From the NCBI RefSeq assembly GCF_009914755.1, contig NC_060932.1: 64,000 nucleotides of DNA; one strand, given 5' to 3'. Source of the DNA: the human T2T-CHM13v2.0 reference genome, Homo sapiens. The position numbers and the translations under genes were made by a program. The notes beneath the pieces were generated by a model. It saw nothing but the letters and a program-made list of their open reading frames with translations. It had not been told where the DNA came from and searched no databases. Position 1 is the first letter of the stretch. Every line of letters begins with the position of its first letter. This document shows positions 61,816 to 64,000 of this stretch, one piece after another.

Positions 61816-63344
61816 CCGCTCTTCTTTGCAGCTGCCTTCATCCTCTGCAAGCTCCATCTTGTCACTTACTCTTCTTGGTCATACATGAAGGGGGAGATGG
61901 AGAACGCCTTTTGAGACCCTTGGAAAACAGCCTCACGCTTATGGAATTTTGGAGTTTGAATGGTTGTCTGAACTCTAAAATGGTCAAAACTGGTGTTTGG
62001 TGGTTTTTAATTTTGTCTGTTTGTTTAGTTTATGGCTTATTTGTAGACAAAAATTCCTCAAAAACTTAATAGGCTTCTGATCAACTTACTTCCAGGTAGT
62101 CGTGTGTGCCAGAAACCACATTCATAGATCTTTCCTAGACATAATTCTCAAATATGTTTTATCTCTCTGCTTCCTTGCCATCATACTAGTTAATCTCATT
62201 CAACTTAATACCAGGTACCTTGAGGCTATAACTTCTGAATGGGAATACCTTATCTTGAAACTGATCTTTTTTTTGTGAATCAGTTTATTCACCTGAAAAT
62301 ATTTACTAAGCTGTTAGTGGCTAAAGTTTTTTTTTCTTTCTTTTTCTTCCCTTTGTGTAGTTTCATTTCTCACTGTTTGCATTCTAGAAACAGCTGACTT
62401 TTTCAATATTGCAAAACCTGAATTTCCAAACTCTCTCTATTTCCTCCCATTTATGCTTGCAAACTAGCCAATTCCTTCCCAAGCTTTTTCTTGGCCAAAC
62501 ACAGCCAATAAAAACCATACACCATTAAAATTATGCTTCTCATTTCTTTTCCTAGAGTTCAGTTTAAATAGGCACATATTCTACCTTCCAAGTGTTCACA
62601 GAAAATAAGTTTTACCAAATGTTTTGCCACTGCTTAAGATCACGATTTTTCAAGCAGTCAGTTTCAGTCTCCTATTGACCGCCACAAAATACTAAGCCAA
62701 TTCCACATATTGTAATTTTTTGTTTTGAAAGCACTCCATGTCGACATACAAACATCTCTATTAGAATAGGCTAACTGCTGTAGCAAACATCTGAAAACCT
62801 TATTGGCTTAATGAAATAAGATATATTTTTAATTCAAGTTTGATGGTTCTCTTAAGTGTTTTCTCTGTAAACTGTGACTTAATAACCCAAGTGACCTCTA
62901 TCTTATGGTTTTGCCATTTTACAAATTCAAGGCAATCTTGGAATAATCTAGTCAGCAGAGGAGGGAAATGAGAAGAGTTTAACACAGAAGATTTTATGAT
63001 GATGTCTAACATTGATATACATAAATTCTGTGTATGTTTCTTTTTCCAGAACCCAATCACATGGTCCTACCACTTGATTAGGTATTAGGTCCTAACATGA
63101 TTAGGTGTTAAGAGGTGATTAGGTCCTAATTACCTAACACCTGAAATCGCCAGGAATTAAAGTCTTCCCATGTGTGAAGGTAGGATTAGTGAGCATCTAG
63201 CCACTTTTAGAGTAAAATTCAGCTAGAGCCACAGATTATCCTAATATCGGCAAGTAAAGATCATCCAGTTCTAAAACATGCAACAAAAATGTATGAAAAA
63301 CCCAGCCAGAGTCCTGACAATTTACTTTGTTAATATATTAACTA

Positions 63345-63585
63345 AAATGCATTGAGAATTTACTATTTGCCAGGTATTCTTCCAATTGTTTCATAATTAT
63401 TAAATTATTGTCCTTAAAATAATCCCATAAGGTAGTTGCTATTATTATACCTATTGTATAGATGAGAAAACTGAGGCATAAATGGATTCAGAAACTCATC
63501 CAAGATCTCACAGCTAGTAAGTGGCAGAAGCAGAATTTGATCCCAGGCAATCAGGTTCTAGAGCATGGACTCACCCATTGTATTG
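63345..63585 (-). mobile_element. MIR SINE
   Basis: cattgagaatttactatttgccagg...tagatgagaaaactgaggca...cacagctagtaagtggcaga. Confidence 0.85.
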
Positions 63586-63877
63586 TTCACCCTTTCTGAT
63601 TTCTCCATGAGTTTCTCAAGTGACTAGTTTAGTTACTATTGTCTAATGGCATATTCTCTCTTCCCCTCTCCTGCCCAGAGAGGCATTTTCGGTCTTGTCT
63701 GCTTGTTTCCAGCCCTTTAGTGGTTCTCTAAAAGTCTACTCTTAATGTATTCCTGTACCGTTCTACAGCTGTATTAGTGAACACTTTGGGAGATTATCAT
63801 CCAATTTATAAAGTGACAAGGGAAGAGTATAAAGGGAAATTAAGAAATACATTGAAGGGGTAGTGAGGAGAGCAAGG

Positions 63878-64000
63878 CAGCCCACATCTCACATATGCAG
63901 AGCGTGAGGCAAGAGCACAAACAGAGGCCCACATTCCATATGTCTAACACTTAAAAGTTATACATTAAGCCAGCACGATGTTAAATAAAATATACTTCAT
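63878..64000. mobile_element. Probable hAT-Tip100-type DNA transposon end (runs off the window)
   Basis: ggcaagagcacaaacagaggcccacattccatatgtctaa...ttaaaagttata resembles a recalled consensus; family uncertain. Confidence 0.45.

Larger units (their letters stand above)
60210..63205 (-). mobile_element. Probable full-length MaLR MLT1 element: LTR (about 60210-61010), internal (about 61010-62755), LTR (about 62757-63205)
   Basis: Two same-orientation diverged LTR-like blocks, each with gctaactgct near its left end and agtc(a)catg...agtctt...tgtg near its right end, flanking about 1.4 kb net MaLR-int-like sequence. Confidence 0.6.

Overview
AT-rich, CpG-depleted primate (probably human) non-coding DNA, either intergenic or intronic. 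I find no convincing protein-coding gene, CpG island, rRNA, intact tRNA or CRISPR array. The ORF track is explained by Alu, L1 and LTR sequence or by chance short ORFs. The window is dense in transposon fossils: about 19 Alu or Alu-monomer copies, L1 fragments of several ages, L2 and MIR, many solo LTRs (MaLR MLT1/MST/THE1, ERVL MLT2, ERV1 MER4-group/MER50/MER34-like, HML-5 LTR22), hAT MITEs, a MADE1 and several microsatellites. The most notable structures are: (1) a scrambled Alu-head + L1-EN + L1-3' + L1 composite inside a MER34-like LTR (40.2-43.4 kb); (2) an expanded MADE1 carrying a miR-548-type 22-mer and two new nested palindromes (47.9 kb); (3) a tight inverted Alu cluster, including an Alu with extra 5' sequence inside its TSD (48.1-49.3 kb); (4) an apparently complete LTR-int-LTR MLT1 provirus with nested LTRs (60.2-63.2 kb); (5) several palindromic or compound minisatellites. 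Repeat family names are recalled from consensus sequences, not from a database search, and boundaries of old elements are approximate. I see no evidence of a new biological system.
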